A DNA stretch of 63,311 nt, counting the filler, from Lenisia limosa (taxonomy: Eukaryota; Protista; Breviatea): assembly GCA_001655205.1 (NCBI GenBank). It is 10 parts of 10 records of this genome, joined end to end, with 100 filler letters (N's around TTAATTAATTAA, not from the genome) between each part and the next. Parts side by side here need not be neighbours in the genome. Positions count along the whole stretch, not along the records: positions 38,771 to 46,836 come from LPNZ01006709.1; positions 46,937 to 53,022 come from LPNZ01010619.1; positions 53,123 to 54,784 come from LPNZ01002558.1; 7 more parts are not named here. One strand, given 5' to 3'. A program made the translations under genes and the position numbers. The notes beneath the pieces are model-generated. The model was given only the letters and a program-made list of their open reading frames with translations. It was not told the origin of the DNA and made no database searches. Shown here in pieces: positions 41,052 through 54,784 of the stretch. Numbering within the stretch: the stretch's first letter is position 1; every line of letters begins with the position of its first letter.

Positions 41052-44000
41052 TTACGCAGCATTGCCTCGAAAACAAATATTGCCACAATGGGCATTAAAA
41101 ATCCAACTATGACATTTTGACCAAGGCTCATACCTTCAACAACAACACCTTCACTCAAGCTGATGGGGAAGACCAGCTCGTTAGACTCCCGAGACACTAG
41201 AGTTGTCGTGTCAATGTATACCTCTCCGATGTCCTGTATAGTTCGTCAATTCAGGCAATGCGTGAATAGTGTGAAGTTGAAAAATTCCTTTTAATAATGA
41301 GTTATTCAACATTGGAACTACAAACACCGCCAAGCAAGTCTTTTAAAGCCTTTCACGCCATCATATGATTGAAAGATGTTGTTAGCGCCGCAGTGAGGTA
41401 TCATGTTTTTAATATAAGAGGGTTGGGGCATACATTAAGTCTCCAGCTTGCTTGGGGTAAGACATAATCATCAACATCAAAGATATTGAACCGGAGTTGA
41501 CTGGGCTTTCCAAGAGCGTAATCCAAAGAAAGGGGTGTCACAAACTTGGCATTGTTGTCGTTACTGGGTGGTAAGGATTGTTCACAGTCACTTTCGAACA
41601 AAAAAAACCCCGAATACCGCTATTTTATTAAAGGTAATTCGAATTAAAGGACAAATCATTGAAGAGGGGTGGTGGTGGTGGTGGCGGGGGGGGGGNNNNN
41701 NNNNNNNNNNNNNNNNNNNNNNNNNNNNNNNNNNNNNNNNNNNNNNNNNNNNNNNNNNNNTTTTTCAACTACACGTGCTTTTTTAAAAAAATTCTTCAAA
41801 AACCGTAACATATTAACATGCAAATATAAACATCATATTTCAAAACCTTTTCAGTGATTCAAACTGAAACTTCATGCTTCTACCCATCATTAAATACTCC
41901 GAGCAAGAATCCCGCACACATGACCAGTTCTGATTTGTAAAGCACTCGCCAATCGTCATCATCATCATCACGAAGATAGACAAGCACCAGAGGGTCACTT
42001 GCAGTCATACGGTCCATTGCAGGAATGTTTCTGGATCGTTAGAGATTGCAGCAGAATCGCATACGACAATCCTCTCGACAGCTACATATGATAGAGTTCC
42101 CTTGGGTCACAAATAAAAACAAATTTCCCGAAAATTTAATGTGAAAATAGACATCGGTTGTTTATNNNNNNNNNNNNNNNNNNNNNNNNNNNNNNNNNNN
42201 NNNNNNNNNNNNNNNNNNNNNNNNNNNNNNNNNNNNNNNNNNNNNNNNNNNNNNNNNNNNNNNNNNNNNNNNNNNNNNNNNNNNNNNNNNNNNNNNNNNN
42301 NCAAATGTGAATGGTGATGAGAAAGAAAGTGATGTCGCAAAGAGTCAGATTGGCTTCAAACCTCAGAGCAATTGAAATGGTGAGCTTATTGGTAGCCGGC
42401 TCTTCGGTCAGTCCCAGTTTTTCAATGTATCTAAAGTCACGTGATGTCACGTATAATTGTCTCAAACATCTAAATGGTATGTAACTAGGGCTTCCCTACG
42501 GTCCAAAAAGACCGTTGGGAAGCCCTATATGTAACTTATCAACAATCTCTGATTAATCCAAAAATGGAATGTAGTTGAAACCCATCATTATAAATGGAAT
42601 GTAGCTGAAACCCATCATTATAAGTATTTGTCTTTTGAGAACCTTGGGTAAAACCCATCATAATGATAAAGAACACATCACTTGAGTTTTCCAATGTGAT
42701 AGAATTGAAGAAATCCAATATTTCGGGATGGAATGCCAACAGGGAAGAAGCCTCAAGGGAATTGGTGCTCAAAATGGCCTCGGCAGCGGGTGCCTTGTTT
42801 GTTCCTCTTGCCGCCTCTAAATGCTCCATCTACGGTGGCGGAAATAAGACAAAACCAACTTCATGTTAAAGTTGAAAAATTCAAATTCGGTCCAATCAAT
42901 CGCAAGTCAGTCATATGATTATATACAAAATATTTGATATGGGTTCTCTTCCCACCCATTGGGTTCTATCATGCGACGAGAGAGATGCGAAAATAAACTG
43001 CCGGCCAGGGAGACGTAGGGAGAAGCAGCAATATCTGGGGAGTTAAAGGATAACAGAAGGGGAGGAATTGAGCTTGAGTATCGCGAAGTTCTAAAAACAT
43101 TATAAAGATAAAACGAACAAAACGATACTGTCTTGATAGCCCACCCGGGGTGGGGAGGAGGGGCAGGATCGCTGGCCACTGTGAAGTCATGAAGAAGAAT
43201 TGTGCCGAGGGGGGTATTGAGCTAAAGGTGTAAACTGAAAAAGGAAGAAAGTTATCTTATTTGCAACATACAACAGCCCCACTGATGAGGGTGATTCATG
43301 AAATGCAATTTTGCTGACAAATTAAAATAATAACAGATAGAAATGAAAGCCCTAAACTTGGTATATCAAATAACCAGCATCACTAACATTTTTCCCATTG
43401 TAGTAGGCAAGTTTGCCGTCCTGAATGACAACTAAGCGGTTCTGCCATTTGCTGCCGAACACTCCGGGGGTCTGAAAATGAGACTTGTTTGGGTTTATGG
43501 TCGAAAAAATGACACTCGTTGGGGTTTATTGCATCTCATGTCTAAGCACTACAAGTTAGAAGACAAAACAGCAAAAACAAAGAACAAACAATCAGAAAAT
43601 CATGAAGGCGCTTTTGGAATTAAAAGAAGAGCCATCCAGTACCAACCTTCATGAAAAGGTCTCCTCTGCGAGTACCCTGAAGATGTGAGAAAAAGCCACT
43701 GAAGAACTTTGAAAAAAAATAAAGAAAAAATACAAGAGATAAAATTGGAATTTTAACCACAAGAATGAAAGAAATCCTTAGGAGAGGGGTAGAAGAACAT
43801 TGGCAGTCATTTACTGCTTGAGACCATTGCAGTCATTTACTGCTTGAGATACCATTGGCAATCATTTACTGCTTGAGATACAACACAAAAGTTATGTAGG
43901 AGATGAAAGAATAAATATGTTAGGCTTGAGATGGGAAAATAAATACTGCATACCAATGATCCGAGTGTGGAGAGGACACCTTCCTCTTCTTCAGATTTCT

Positions 44001-45808
44001 CCTCAAACGTTTGCCATGACCTTCAACAGTCATGAAAACACTGGATATATTTTCCTCTCTCAGGTTTTTAACTGTATTTCTGCTACTAAAGATCAAGAGA
44101 TCTCTCACCTGATCGCTGACATCCAATTGCGGCGCTCTTGAGTGGTGTCGGTCAGGAACTTGAATACCCGGAGTGGTGTGGTCAGAGTAAAGGGAAATAG
44201 GCCGACTTGATCTGCAGTAGGGTCTGACTGAGAAGTGAAACTGTTAAGACCAGTAAACACACGAGCCGAACAAGCTCGATAGCTGAAGCTCCAGCAATGC
44301 TCACCTCATTAACTTCGAATTTACAAAGAAGCGAAACTTCATTAAGAGATTTGGAGTCCTAAACCAATAAAATAAAAAAAGCGCACGTAATCTGATATTG
44401 CCCATTAGAAAATGAAAAGGAAAAAGCAAAAGGAAATGTACGAAAGCCCAAACCAAAAAACCTTGGTTTTTGAGTAGCTGAGAGTGAAGTTCTCGAGTTC
44501 GAAGTAGCGCTCTTGGATTTTGTTTGCACACGTCCCTGATACCTGCAAGTCCAATAAGAACGTGCTTCCATGTCGTGTAGGACAATGATGCGGTGAACTA
44601 TTTCCCCCAGTTTAAAGGCCGCTAAACCAGATTCATTACGTAATCTTAACCGAGCCCGAAATCCATGAATTTTGTTCAAAAGTAGCCAAAAGCCTTACCC
44701 CAAATCCATAGAAAAATCCTTACCCTCCGAGGTTTCACTCTGGTTTAGCGGCTAACAGGAAAATATAACATTCCACCATCATAAATCAAATAAAAAACAT
44801 ATAAAAAACAATTCCCATATTCTCCACCTTCAGGAAAGTACCAGTTCTGGGGATACGCTGACGAATGGCTGCCTTGGACTTGGACTGAAAATAATATAAG
44901 TTTTATGAACATGTTAACAAAGTAAAAACCCCAGAGGCCCCGCCCACCTTAACTGCCGTAATGGCGTCGATCCACATCTGAATTTCATTGGCATTTCCGC
45001 CACTGAATGTGTACTGAAAAGTCATCATATCATATTATACCCTTGAACCCTTTCCAAGCTAAAGCATGTAATTATAAAACTTGGGTGTTTTTCTCAATAC
45101 AATATTTGGAGCGTATCACAAAAACCCTCATATTACCTTTCAGCTACATACATATTATATTTATATGCATATATAGCTATATCATATGATATGTACATAG
45201 TTCTATCCTCACGTTTTTATTCGGGCAAATGACAGAAAAGGTGGTCTCATTAATGGAAATGATGTCAAAGTCGGTGTCAAGCTGGATGAAGCCCTGTGGA
45301 CGCGTGGACTGTATTGTCAGTGTGTCTAAGTCGAAAGGCGATGTTGTCATAATGTCAACTCAGTCAAGAGGAAACCAATAAATTGTAGCACAATGAGGAT
45401 TGTTATGGGCATATAATGGGAAATTTGAAATAATTAGGGTGATATATTGTTCAGAAAAAAGAATACAAAAAAAAAATCCCCCCAACAAACCTGAGGGTTC
45501 TTCCAGTAAATCATGACCATATTACTAAACAATTAGAACACATATACTTGGTTTCATTACTCTGTATTAAAAGAAAAACTGCACGATATACACCCATAAA
45601 TAGCAACCATCTACGACATATGTATAGTTTTATAATTGAAAAAATTACGTCATCAAAATGGCGGACCAACGGGTACAATTCAAGGTTGGATGTGACAAAC
45701 TCTCACATGGGAAATCAGCTGTAACTTGATCACACCATCTCACCTCAGCTTAACAAAGCGTTTCTGCCATTTCTTGCGGCTGTTTTGCTTATTCAGAAAG
45801 CCTTCCAT
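41052..45808 (-). CDS. Protein with three PH domains and a C-terminal copine-like C2 domain
   Basis: PH1 MEGFLNKQNSRKKWQKRFVKL...NEIQMWIDAI; PH2 KIQERYFELENFTLSYSK...FTLTTPLRVFKFLTDTTQERRNWMSAI; PH3 GSKWQNRLVVIQDGKLAYY...FSLRLPGRQFIFASLSSHDRTQWV; C2 NIPAMDRMTASDPLV...NAKFVTPLSLDYALGKPSQLRFNIFDVD...DIGEVYIDT. Confidence 0.75.
42486..42527. mobile_element. Minimal 42-bp hAT MITE with perfect 8-bp TSD TATGTAAC
   Basis: tatgtaac|TAGGGCTTCCCTACGGTCCAAAAAGACCGTTGGGAAGCCCTA|tatgtaac. Confidence 0.9.
43797..43880. repeat. ~27-bp tandem repeat x3 (intronic)
   Basis: cattggcagtcatttactgcttgaga repeated three times. Confidence 0.7.
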
Positions 45809-46148
45809 TTTGGATTAAGCCGAAGACTATCCGGAAGTAGTCTTGAAAGCGAGGTCTCGAGGCAGGTTCTTTCTGTTGTACTTCTAAAAAGAGTAAAGCG
45901 GATATTAAGAGACGTAGAGAATAGAAAGAGGAGGAACTCTGTTCCAGTTGAGGATTCCCCGATTAACCCCCAACCTTTTCAAGCTTTTGTTTTCAGCAAA
46001 TCGAGTTTAGTGTATCTATTCTGTAGTGTATAGTTGTCATCAAGAGAGGAGATTTTAAGTTTTCCCCGCCCTTTTTTAAAAGATATAATCCCCCAGGATT
46101 ATATGTATATAGTTTATTTCTTGATGATTTTTTCGGTTTTTCACCATA

Positions 46149-46730
46149 ATGAAGGTGTTTTTGTTATTTGTAGCTATTTTTCAAATATTTAGCAGCGTAG
46201 TTGCCTTCGATCGTGAACTGGTGGGGTGGTCATTTCCGTCTTTTTCAGTCAAGAAACAATGTGCTTCAGTGCGATATGGTTATATTATTATAGATGTAAA
46301 GATGCATAGGTGGAGATGATAATGCTCCTGTGAGAATGATACATAGTTCGTATGAAAAGGATATGAGTTATGTCGGGTCGGCAGTTTTGGGTTGTGCGTC
46401 ACCATCTTGTGCCATGTCAACTGGTTGACCTTGTCTGTAATCCACCTTTCGCTGGCCTACGGTGTAATATATGAACGCGGGATCGCTCTATTGCATGATT
46501 ATTCAAGTATTTACATTGATAACAATGAATACTCTGGTGTAGACAGGTTCGCTTGGCGGTGCTTTTTGCCATTCTTTTTGTCATAACATCACCCGATGTA
46601 ACGTCTTACCCTTTACTCTCTCATCTCCTTAGCATATTCATGTTACCCTCACCCCCCAGATTCTTGGCGATGATGTCAGCTGGGTCGACGCTTTTGCCGA
46701 AGTAAACAAGAACCCAAATCTCAAGGTTGA
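46149..46730 (+). CDS. 5' fragment of a putative secreted protein
   Basis: MKVFLLFVAIFQIFSSVVAFDREL| looks like a signal peptide; later exon ILGDDVSWVDAFAEVNKNPNLK|; truncated by a spacer. Confidence 0.35.
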
Positions 46731-47111
46731 GGGGTGTCTGAGGGGAAATGCACTTGTTTTTATTAATCACCCGGGTGTGTATTCTTTTGTAGTTGAGGGA
46801 ATAGTCTTGGGGTAAACAAAGCTCTCTGTCCAGTATNNNNNNNNNNNNNNNNNNNNNNNNNNNNNNNNNNNNNNNNNNNNTTAATTAATTAANNNNNNNN
46901 NNNNNNNNNNNNNNNNNNNNNNNNNNNNNNNNNNNNCTTATGGATCCCACCCCCACGTTTTTGTTTTGTGTGTTGTAATCAGCCGTTTGTCTAATTTTAG
47001 CGTTGGTTGCTCGTGTTTGTTATTGCTTGTTTTTTGTTGTTTGGAGTTTCACATTATTCGGTTCCTGATTTACGCCAAAATTCTTCATCGAAATTTCCTT
47101 CGTTTTACCAG

Positions 47112-47264
47112 CGACTGACCTGGGCTTTGTTTTGTTATCAACCCTTTTGTGTTGTCAGTCAACAGAATTGATTTAGACTCTTTCTGTTTCATAAATTTTC
47201 CAATTTATATTTACGCCAATATTCTTCAATCGAAATTTCCTTCGTTTTACTCCCCCCCCCCCCC
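47112..47264 (+). repeat. Intronic repeat family C copy (kinesin intron)
   Basis: Matches 22585-22692; ends in polyC and a gap before the next exon. Confidence 0.75.
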
Positions 47265-47387
47265 NNNNNNNNNNNNNNNNNNNNNNNNNNNNNNNNNNNN
47301 NNNNNNNNNNNNNNNNNNNNNNNNNNNNNNNNNNNNNNNNNNNNNNNNNNNNNNNNNNNNNNNNNNNNNNNNNNNNNNNNNNNNNNN

Positions 47388-48802
47388 GCAAAGGGGGCCC
47401 CGGGTGTTAACTACCGTGCTCTCAGCGACCTCTTCAAAATCAGGTTTGGCGTCGAAATATGTCTCTTTTGGCCGAAATGAAGCCGTATTAAAAGCAAAAA
47501 ACACCTTTACCCTCTAGTCAAGAGAGGTCATCGGAATGGGACTACACCATCAAAGTATCTTTCCTGGAAGTCTACAACGAGACGCTTCACGATCTTCTCA
47601 ACGCGCCACCTGAGGTAAACGGCGATATAGCGATCAAATGAGCATTGTCATGCACTGTTTTCCTGTTTTTTACACAATTCAGGGTGGAGTCTGCAAAGTT
47701 GAAGTTCGCCTTGGTCCGTCGGGTGTCCATGTTCCTGGCCTNNNNNNNNNNNNNNNNNNNNNNNNNNNNNNNNNNNNNNNNNNNNNNNNNNNNNNNNNNN
47801 NNNNNNNNNNNNNNNNNNNNNNNNNGGGGGGGGGGGCACTATGTCACTTTACTTACAAAACCGCTTCAGGCTTTTCAACTCTCTTCACACCTCTTACGAC
47901 CCCTTTAGGAAGTTAGGTCAGTGGACGATGTGGTGTCCGTAATGGCTGAAGGTGACTCGCACCGCTCTGTAGCTGCTACTGCCATGAACGCACATTCCTC
48001 AAGAAGCCACTCTATCCTCTTGGTGGGTATCGCTGAGTTACTATTAAACATGTTAGCTTTTTTTGGTTTCNNNNNNNNNNNNNNNNNNNNNNNNNNNNNN
48101 NNNNNNNNNNNNNNNNNNNNNNNNNNNNNNNNNNNNNNNNNNNNNNNNNNNNNNNNNNNNNNNNNNNNNNNNNNNNNNNNNNNNNNNNNNNNNNNNNNNN
48201 NNNNNNNNNNNNNNNNNNNNNNNNNNNNNNCCACAATAGGGTTACGAACAGCCGCGTACGGTCGCGTCTGACGCTTGTGGATCTTGCCGGTTCCGAACGA
48301 GTTGGCCGATCGCAAGTCACGGGACAGCAGCTTGTCGAAGCCGGTAGGATGGCTGCTTCTTTGAGAAAAGGGCTTCCTACGGTCCAAAAAATACTGGATG
48401 ATATTGAACGAGAAGTTATCGATATCATTTTTATGGTCTTGTTGGAAGCCATCATAGTATGATACAATGAAACAGTGGGTAATACTGTTGTGTTTGTGTT
48501 GGATTTCTTTATTCTTGCCGTGCTGCTTTCACTGTTCAAGCTGCCATTAACAAGTCCCTCTCCGCTCTTGGTCAAGTCATGTCGGCCCTTCAAGCCAATA
48601 AGCCGCATGTTCCATATCGTAACTCCAAACTCACATACCTCCTCCAAGTAAGTCATCTTTTTTCATTCCTTCTCGTTTCATTGAATGACTCATGTTTCAG
48701 GACTCTTTGGGTGGCGATGGTAAGACATTGATGTTCATGAACGTTCATCCCGGTGCTACTAATGTGGAGGAAACTCTCTCGACCCTTGCATTTGGCCAAC
48801 AG
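47388..48802 (+). CDS. Kinesin-14 (C-terminal motor) fragment
   Basis: [79 protein letters not shown]|[12 protein letters not shown]. Confidence 0.9.
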
Positions 48803-49188
48803 GTTTGCTTTGCTTTGTCAAATATTGTGAGCTGCACTGTTATTGGTTGAGTTTTATNNNNNNNNNNNNNNNNNNNNNNNNNNNNNNNNNNNNNNNNNNN
48901 NNNNNNNNNNNNNNNNNNNNNNNNNNNNNNNNNNNNNNNNNNNNNNNNNNNNGCCTCCAGGGCTGCCGAAGAAATAGCGACTTTTTTGTTACCTCTTTCG
49001 ACTTATTATGTTCAGGTTCGTGTTCAAGTAGTTTGTATTGGCTTTGTGGGCCGATTATTTATTGTTAGTTTTCCTAAAAGGAGTGTTTCCAACAAACTGA
49101 TTCAGTCAGTCAGAAAATACCCCCTCGAGCTCATCAAAAACGAAACATTCTATACATCAAATCAGGACCATAGTTACCATTACCTCAA

Positions 49189-52100
49189 CTATTTTGTAGC
49201 CAGGCGTTTATGCGCCCGCTTGTTAAGAAAGAGCAGTAGGGCAATTAGACTTGAGCCAAGAACCACACATATACCTGCGTAAGTCAAGCGAAACATGTGT
49301 CGAGTGAACCACTCTGAAGTCGAAACAGAAGATAACATAGGATAGTGCGTTTGATCAATTACAGGAGCGGGAGGTGCTCCAATAACGTAGATAATAGCAG
49401 TTATAATAACAAAAGGTATTCCAAATTGTCCAACAAAAATTATGCTCACCTGCAAAAACGAACGGGTATTCAGGGTCGATCCCATAAAGGTATCTAAAAT
49501 GTGAGTCAAATAACCACTAACAGAAAGCAACCCCTGCCAACCCAAGGAAAATTGGGAGGGCTACTGCTGCTGTGGAGAAGGCCCCATAGAACTGGCCAAA
49601 CGCTTCTCCTTGATATCGAACAACTGCATACCTTCAAAAGTTAGCCGTACAAGTGTCGCCCTGCTAATAATCAAAAACACCTGCTTTTCTCGGTCAAAAA
49701 CACCTACTAGTTACTTTTTTTTCCCCTGAACCAACCTTGTAACAAGTGGGTTGGCTGCAATTTGGAATATCCCGAATCCAATTGATCCAACAAAAAGCGT
49801 TATAATCTGGAGTGGTTTAGACAACACGGACATGATGTGGTGAGTAACACTCCTCTCTGCTTTTCCCCATTGTTGATATGATCCAAAATCAAAAATTATC
49901 ATTTAAACAAGAAACTACGACATTTACCACTGCGCTTCCTCTGTTCATCCAAAAAAAAACTCACGCAATGCAACCATTACTCACCTCAATTGCCAACTCC
50001 TGAAAAAGGGGAGAAAGCACAAAGGGTGCCCAGAAGAAGAAACTCAAAACAACTAAGCAGTAATTAGGAAAAAGCTGCCGCATTCTCTTTAAGGTTTGTA
50101 TTGAGAGAAATAGAAAACAATAGAAGCGTACTGGACATGTGCTTCCCAGGCCCATTAAGAACGGGCTTCACGCAGGTTGCCTGAAATATCAAAGTCATGG
50201 GAAGGACATGTTGCGAGGTCATTAGCACCAATACTTTTTAGTAACAGTTAACCCATATCCACTAGGAGTCGAAATGATGAACGAAGATAACACGAGGCTT
50301 CATCCCGAGTGTATCAGAGTATCATTGAGACTTGTCGGTCAGTTATCATTTGAGTGGAAGTGGATATGAGGTATCATATCACTGCGTGGAAAATGATTGT
50401 TCACATGTTAAAAAATGACGTTCCAAAATTCCCATTTGTATATGGTATCAAAGCCCTTACCTGGGTGATTCCTATAACTAAGCCGACGCCTGTAATTGCG
50501 AACCCATAAACAAGAGGAGATTCATCATATTCATCTCTGAAAACGTGAAATGCCCGGACTGGAACAACACAGACTATTATTTAGAGCAATCTACCATAAT
50601 ATAGAATGGGATAGAATAGGTAATAGGTTATTGGTTGGGCTTCCCTTCGGTTTATAAAAAGACTGAGTTTCTGGATAAATACTCGAAAACTATCGATATT
50701 TTACCCGATATTTTTCGAACCGAAGTGAAGCCCTAGTTATTGGTTATCTTACTTTAGTCGCAACCCAAATATGACTTCTAAGACATTCAAAGGGGCCATC
50801 ATCTATAGAAATAACAAAGAAGGAACCTTAAATGGATTTTCATGCACTACAACACAACACGTATAGCAAACCATGAAGTGACTGACTGCCAAGAGGAAAA
50901 CGCTAATCTGTGGCATGCCGTCAATAACAATGCGCTTGCTTTGCTGAGAAGTCATTGAAAGTAATGAAATGCTCCAATCCAAAGCAACTAGCTGACTTTA
51001 TCTTCGGCTTCAGTTTCAATGTACTCATTCACAATACTCACAGCAACGTCAGATTCTGAGATGGAAGACGGGCAGATATCCTTGAAGAGTGAGCTTGAAA
51101 GATCATAAATAACTTACCAATAGTTTTGTTGGTGCTTCCTCTACGGACTCAGTGGAAACTACTGTTAAAGAACAAACAGGGGTATTCCTCAGCATCATCA
51201 ATCGTTTCGGTGTAAAGGTGAGTAGAGATGCTTTCGGGTTTGTTTCGGGGAGGTAGAGTAAGGCCAAAATAAAGATGATAGTGGCAAACACAAACGACAC
51301 TATGAAGACAGCTTGGAATGAAACAGTAGCAATTAGGGCACCTTGAGGGTGAGAAGTCAAAAAAGGGGAGACATTATGAAACAACCAGAGTGAAATTATA
51401 TATCATATTATATCATTTGTATGTTGTATGAGATGCAACCTGTACCCATTTTACGACACGTATCCATTTCAACTCATCACTTCAATTTCATGTCTCAGGG
51501 AGACTCACCTAAGGCGGCTCCGAAAACAAAGGCAATAGATTGGGACACTCCAATCCGGGCTTGGTACTTTGTGCGAAGGGGCTATTGTATTAAAAGTGCC
51601 TTAAAATTCTAAAATAGTATACAATGGAAAGCCAAATGAAGAGCGCTTCCCTTCCATTTTCTTCATGAATACAATATATTATCAGTCTTATTCACTCTTC
51701 ACATCTGGCTGTTTTGTTCTAAATCTACTAACTGGTATTCAATATAATGTTGACGTCTTCGACTGGAATACTCAAATAGTCTCTATTCCTATTATATATT
51801 ATCATTGCCATGGAAATGCCAATGATCCACCCCACTTCATCCATGACGTCAGCTACAGACGCCTGACATGCAGTGATACTCCCGGCAAAAGCTCCTCCAA
51901 GAATTCGTCCAAAGAGTAAACTCCCAAAGGACCACGCAAACGCTATGCAGTCAGTCAAAAGAGTGGAGTCTCAGCTGAGTACTATTTATCAAAACAGAGC
52001 CTATTTAGCGTACCAGTGAAGATTGCTCCGATGGCACTTCCCAAAATCATCAGCAAAACAATGGGTCGTCGCCCTTGTGTGTCCGAATACTTCCCACCTA

Positions 52101-53022
52101 TCAATGAAGATAACAATGGAACCTAATAACCTAACCATGTGGGAAAGATGATGTCTTGGCATTAGGGCTTCACGTCGGTTCGAAAAAAGACTGAATTTCT
52201 CGACAAAACCTCGAAAACTCTCGATATTTTACCGGACTTTTTTGAACCGAAGTGAAACCCTACTTGAAATTCATGCCCATCATCACCAGCAAATAAATAA
52301 TAGTCAGAAAAACGGTTGCAAACCAAGGTATATAGAGACGAGCATGGCGACTCCATAGGTTGATATCAGGATACCAAGCATGAAGGGGGAGGCACCGAAC
52401 CTGAACTCTTGAAACCTTTGAGAATTCCTTATTAAACTGCTTCGGCAAGGTGAGGTTGATACTAATCAGCCCTCCCCGCTTTCCACTTGTCATTATTTAA
52501 GATAGCATTTTTCAAGGAAGCTTTCGATGTGTGTGTAACCCTCTGAATACTTCAAAATTCATGGAAAACGACGGTTATATATTATCGTAAATAATGATAA
52601 GTGGGAGGGGGAGGGTGACTAATGATAAGTGGGAGAGGGTGACTAGTAATTCTGCTTTCATAAGCCAAAGATCACCGACAATACCTACTTTTCAGAGTAG
52701 TAGGGCAGGATAGGCATGATGATGGCGAAGCATAGCGCATCAATGAAAGTGGCAAGATAAAGGAAGATAGAAGGCGTTTGAACCTCCTGTATAGTTATAT
52801 ATTGATTTCTTCACCTCAAAAGCGTATTCATACATAAATAAGAAAGTGGCACATGCAATAATAATAACAAAGGCCAGATATATGTTTCCCAATAAATTCT
52901 ATATCTTTGGTGGTAACTAAGCAAACATCATCGGTCTGATTGGTACTTTCTATTGTCTTCGGCTCCTCATTATCAGTGACAAGGTTTCGTGCGTCGTCAT
53001 CAACAGGGGGGGAGGTGGAGGG
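49189..53022 (-). CDS. MFS transporter, TetA/DHA1-like (5'-truncated)
   Basis: YLATFIDALCFAIIMPILPYY, GGKYSDTQGRRPIVLL (motif A), LLFGRILGGAFAGSITACQASVAD (motif B), multiple TM exons. Confidence 0.8.
50635..50735. mobile_element. hAT MITE family A copy with perfect 8-bp TSD GTTATTGG
   Basis: gttattgg|TTGGGCTTCCCTTCGG...CCGAAGTGAAGCCCTA|gttattgg; intronic. Confidence 0.9.
52163..52262. mobile_element. hAT MITE family A copy
   Basis: TIRs present; degenerate TSD cttggcat/cttgaaat. Confidence 0.85.
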
Positions 53023-53199
53023 NNNNNNNNNNNNNNNNNNNNNNNNNNNNNNNNNNNNNNNNNNNNTTAATTAATTAANNNNNNNNNNNNNNNNNNNNNN
53101 NNNNNNNNNNNNNNNNNNNNNNATTCTGTCAACCCAAAATGTATAGATATGTACACACATATTGTGTATAATTTATTCTTAGAGAATTTGACACATTCC

Positions 53200-54500
53200 A
53201 CGTAACACAGTGTATCATACCCCCACTTGCCAATATCCGCATACCGCCCCCTCCCCCCTGCCCGCCCACTTGTCGGTATCAGAGCGTCTGTAGGACTTCT
53301 TATCGGAGAATTTGAGGCACTCCAAGCAGGACTTGCCCTTGTTGTCCTTGATGGAGGCGTCTGCTCCGGCCTGAGGGAGATTAATAGGAAGACAACAAAA
53401 TAGCCCAAAATCAACCGCCCCGGGGTTTGAGGTGTTTTTGTCGGCATTTTGGCCAAGATTAAGAATTCAATGGAAATATGCCACTTCAACAATTTTCTCC
53501 ACGATACTCAACAGTATTTCAACGACATCCTCAAACATTCAACAGTATTTCAACGATATCTGAGAGCTCATTGGAGAATCCGAAGCAAAAGGCGGTGTGA
53601 AGAGCGGAGTGGCCAGCACTGTTGACCATATTGATGTCAGCGCCGGCGTCAACAAGGCCGGGAATGAGACGTGCGAGTTTACCAGACTTGGGGAGTGAAA
53701 AAACAAAAAAAAACAGCTCTAAATGCAGTTGAGAACTATTTTTTTTCCATAAGAGATTAACAATATAGGTTTATAGACAATAAAAAAAAACAGTGACCGG
53801 GATTGCACTGTATAATAGCAAATCAGTCAATACTTATCCCGGTCACTGTAAAAAACAAAATTGGTCAAGACTTATCCCGGCCACAATCACATACCCTACC
53901 TTAGTATTGACGACAAGATGGATGATGGAGTTACCATCGTCATCAACAGGCTTGCTGAAGTCCACTGACGCTCCATTGAGAAGGAGACTGGGGGGGGGGG
54001 GNNNNNNNNNNNNNNNNNNNNNNNNNNNNNNNNNNNNNNNNNNNNNNNNNNNNNNNNNNNNNNNNNNNNNNNNNNNNNNNNNNNNNNNNNNNNNNNNNNN
54101 NNNNNNNNNNNNNNNNNNNNNNNNNNNNNNNNNNNNNNNNNNNNNNNNNNNNNNNNNNNNNNNNNNNNACCCTTCCAATAGACGAAATCTACTTATACAA
54201 TAGGGTACTAATATTATGCTCATTAGAGCCATAGAGTGATATTTTTTCGATAAATCCTCGATATTTCACCGTTTCTCCCCCACATAAAAGCCAAAATATT
54301 CAAAAGAGTATAATATACTATTCTAAGCTAAAATATCCAATAATTACAACATAAAGGCTAACATACTCAAAAAATGACATACACCCGTCCGATAATACAC
54401 GAAGTACCCCCCCACTCGGCAACAGTGTGATGGCCGAACGCGATGGCGCACATAATGGGCGTGGTCTGCCATTGGGACACGGCAGCGGCACTTGCTCCCT
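53200..54500 (-). CDS. Ankyrin-repeat protein (partial)
   Basis: TTPIMCAIAFGHHTVAE; LLLNGASVD..DDDGNSIIHL; LVDAGADINMVNSAGHSALHTA; AGADASIKDNKGKS. Confidence 0.8.
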
Positions 54501-54578
54501 TATCTGGGGAGGGGTAAAGGTAGAAAATTATTAGAAATAGAAAAAAAAAAAGACACACACACACACAAAATAAAAAGA

Positions 54579-54651
54579 CTGGTAAAATATCGATGTTTAT
54601 CAAGGATTTATCAAAAATTCAGTCTTTTTTTAGGACCGTAGGGAGGCCCTA
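54579..54651. mobile_element. hAT MITE family A, partial copy
   Basis: Right part ...AAATTCAGTCTTTTTTTAGGACCGTAGGGAGGCCCTA. Confidence 0.7.
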
Positions 54652-54737
54652 ATCGAAAACACAACTAACTACATACCTAGATCATGGGTCCCTCTTACCC
54701 CTCCATTCATTAAATTTCTTCGTTTCACCCCTCCTCC

Positions 54738-54739
<2 letters not shown>

Positions 54740-54784
<45 letters not shown>
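54740..54784. repeat. (GT)n microsatellite
   Basis: Pure GT run at the contig end. Confidence 0.9.

Noticed and set aside
41066-41133. C-terminal TM anchor (NVIVGFLMPIVAIFVF) on the PH-C2 protein
   Set aside because: The segment fits a 68-bp GT-AG intron, so the hydrophobic reading is probably intronic.
41401-42080. Stand-alone copine gene
   Set aside because: Only one C2 domain and no vWA domain seen; the exons appear to continue upstream into PH domains.
45645-45670. CRE/YY1-like promoter motifs (TTACGTCAT, AAAATGGCG)
   Set aside because: Lies inside an intron of the PH-C2 gene; short motifs like these are expected by chance.
46545-46570. Lipase GxSxG motif (TGSLGGA)
   Set aside because: Lacks the usual GHSLGG, the frame is uncertain and there is no other lipase motif.
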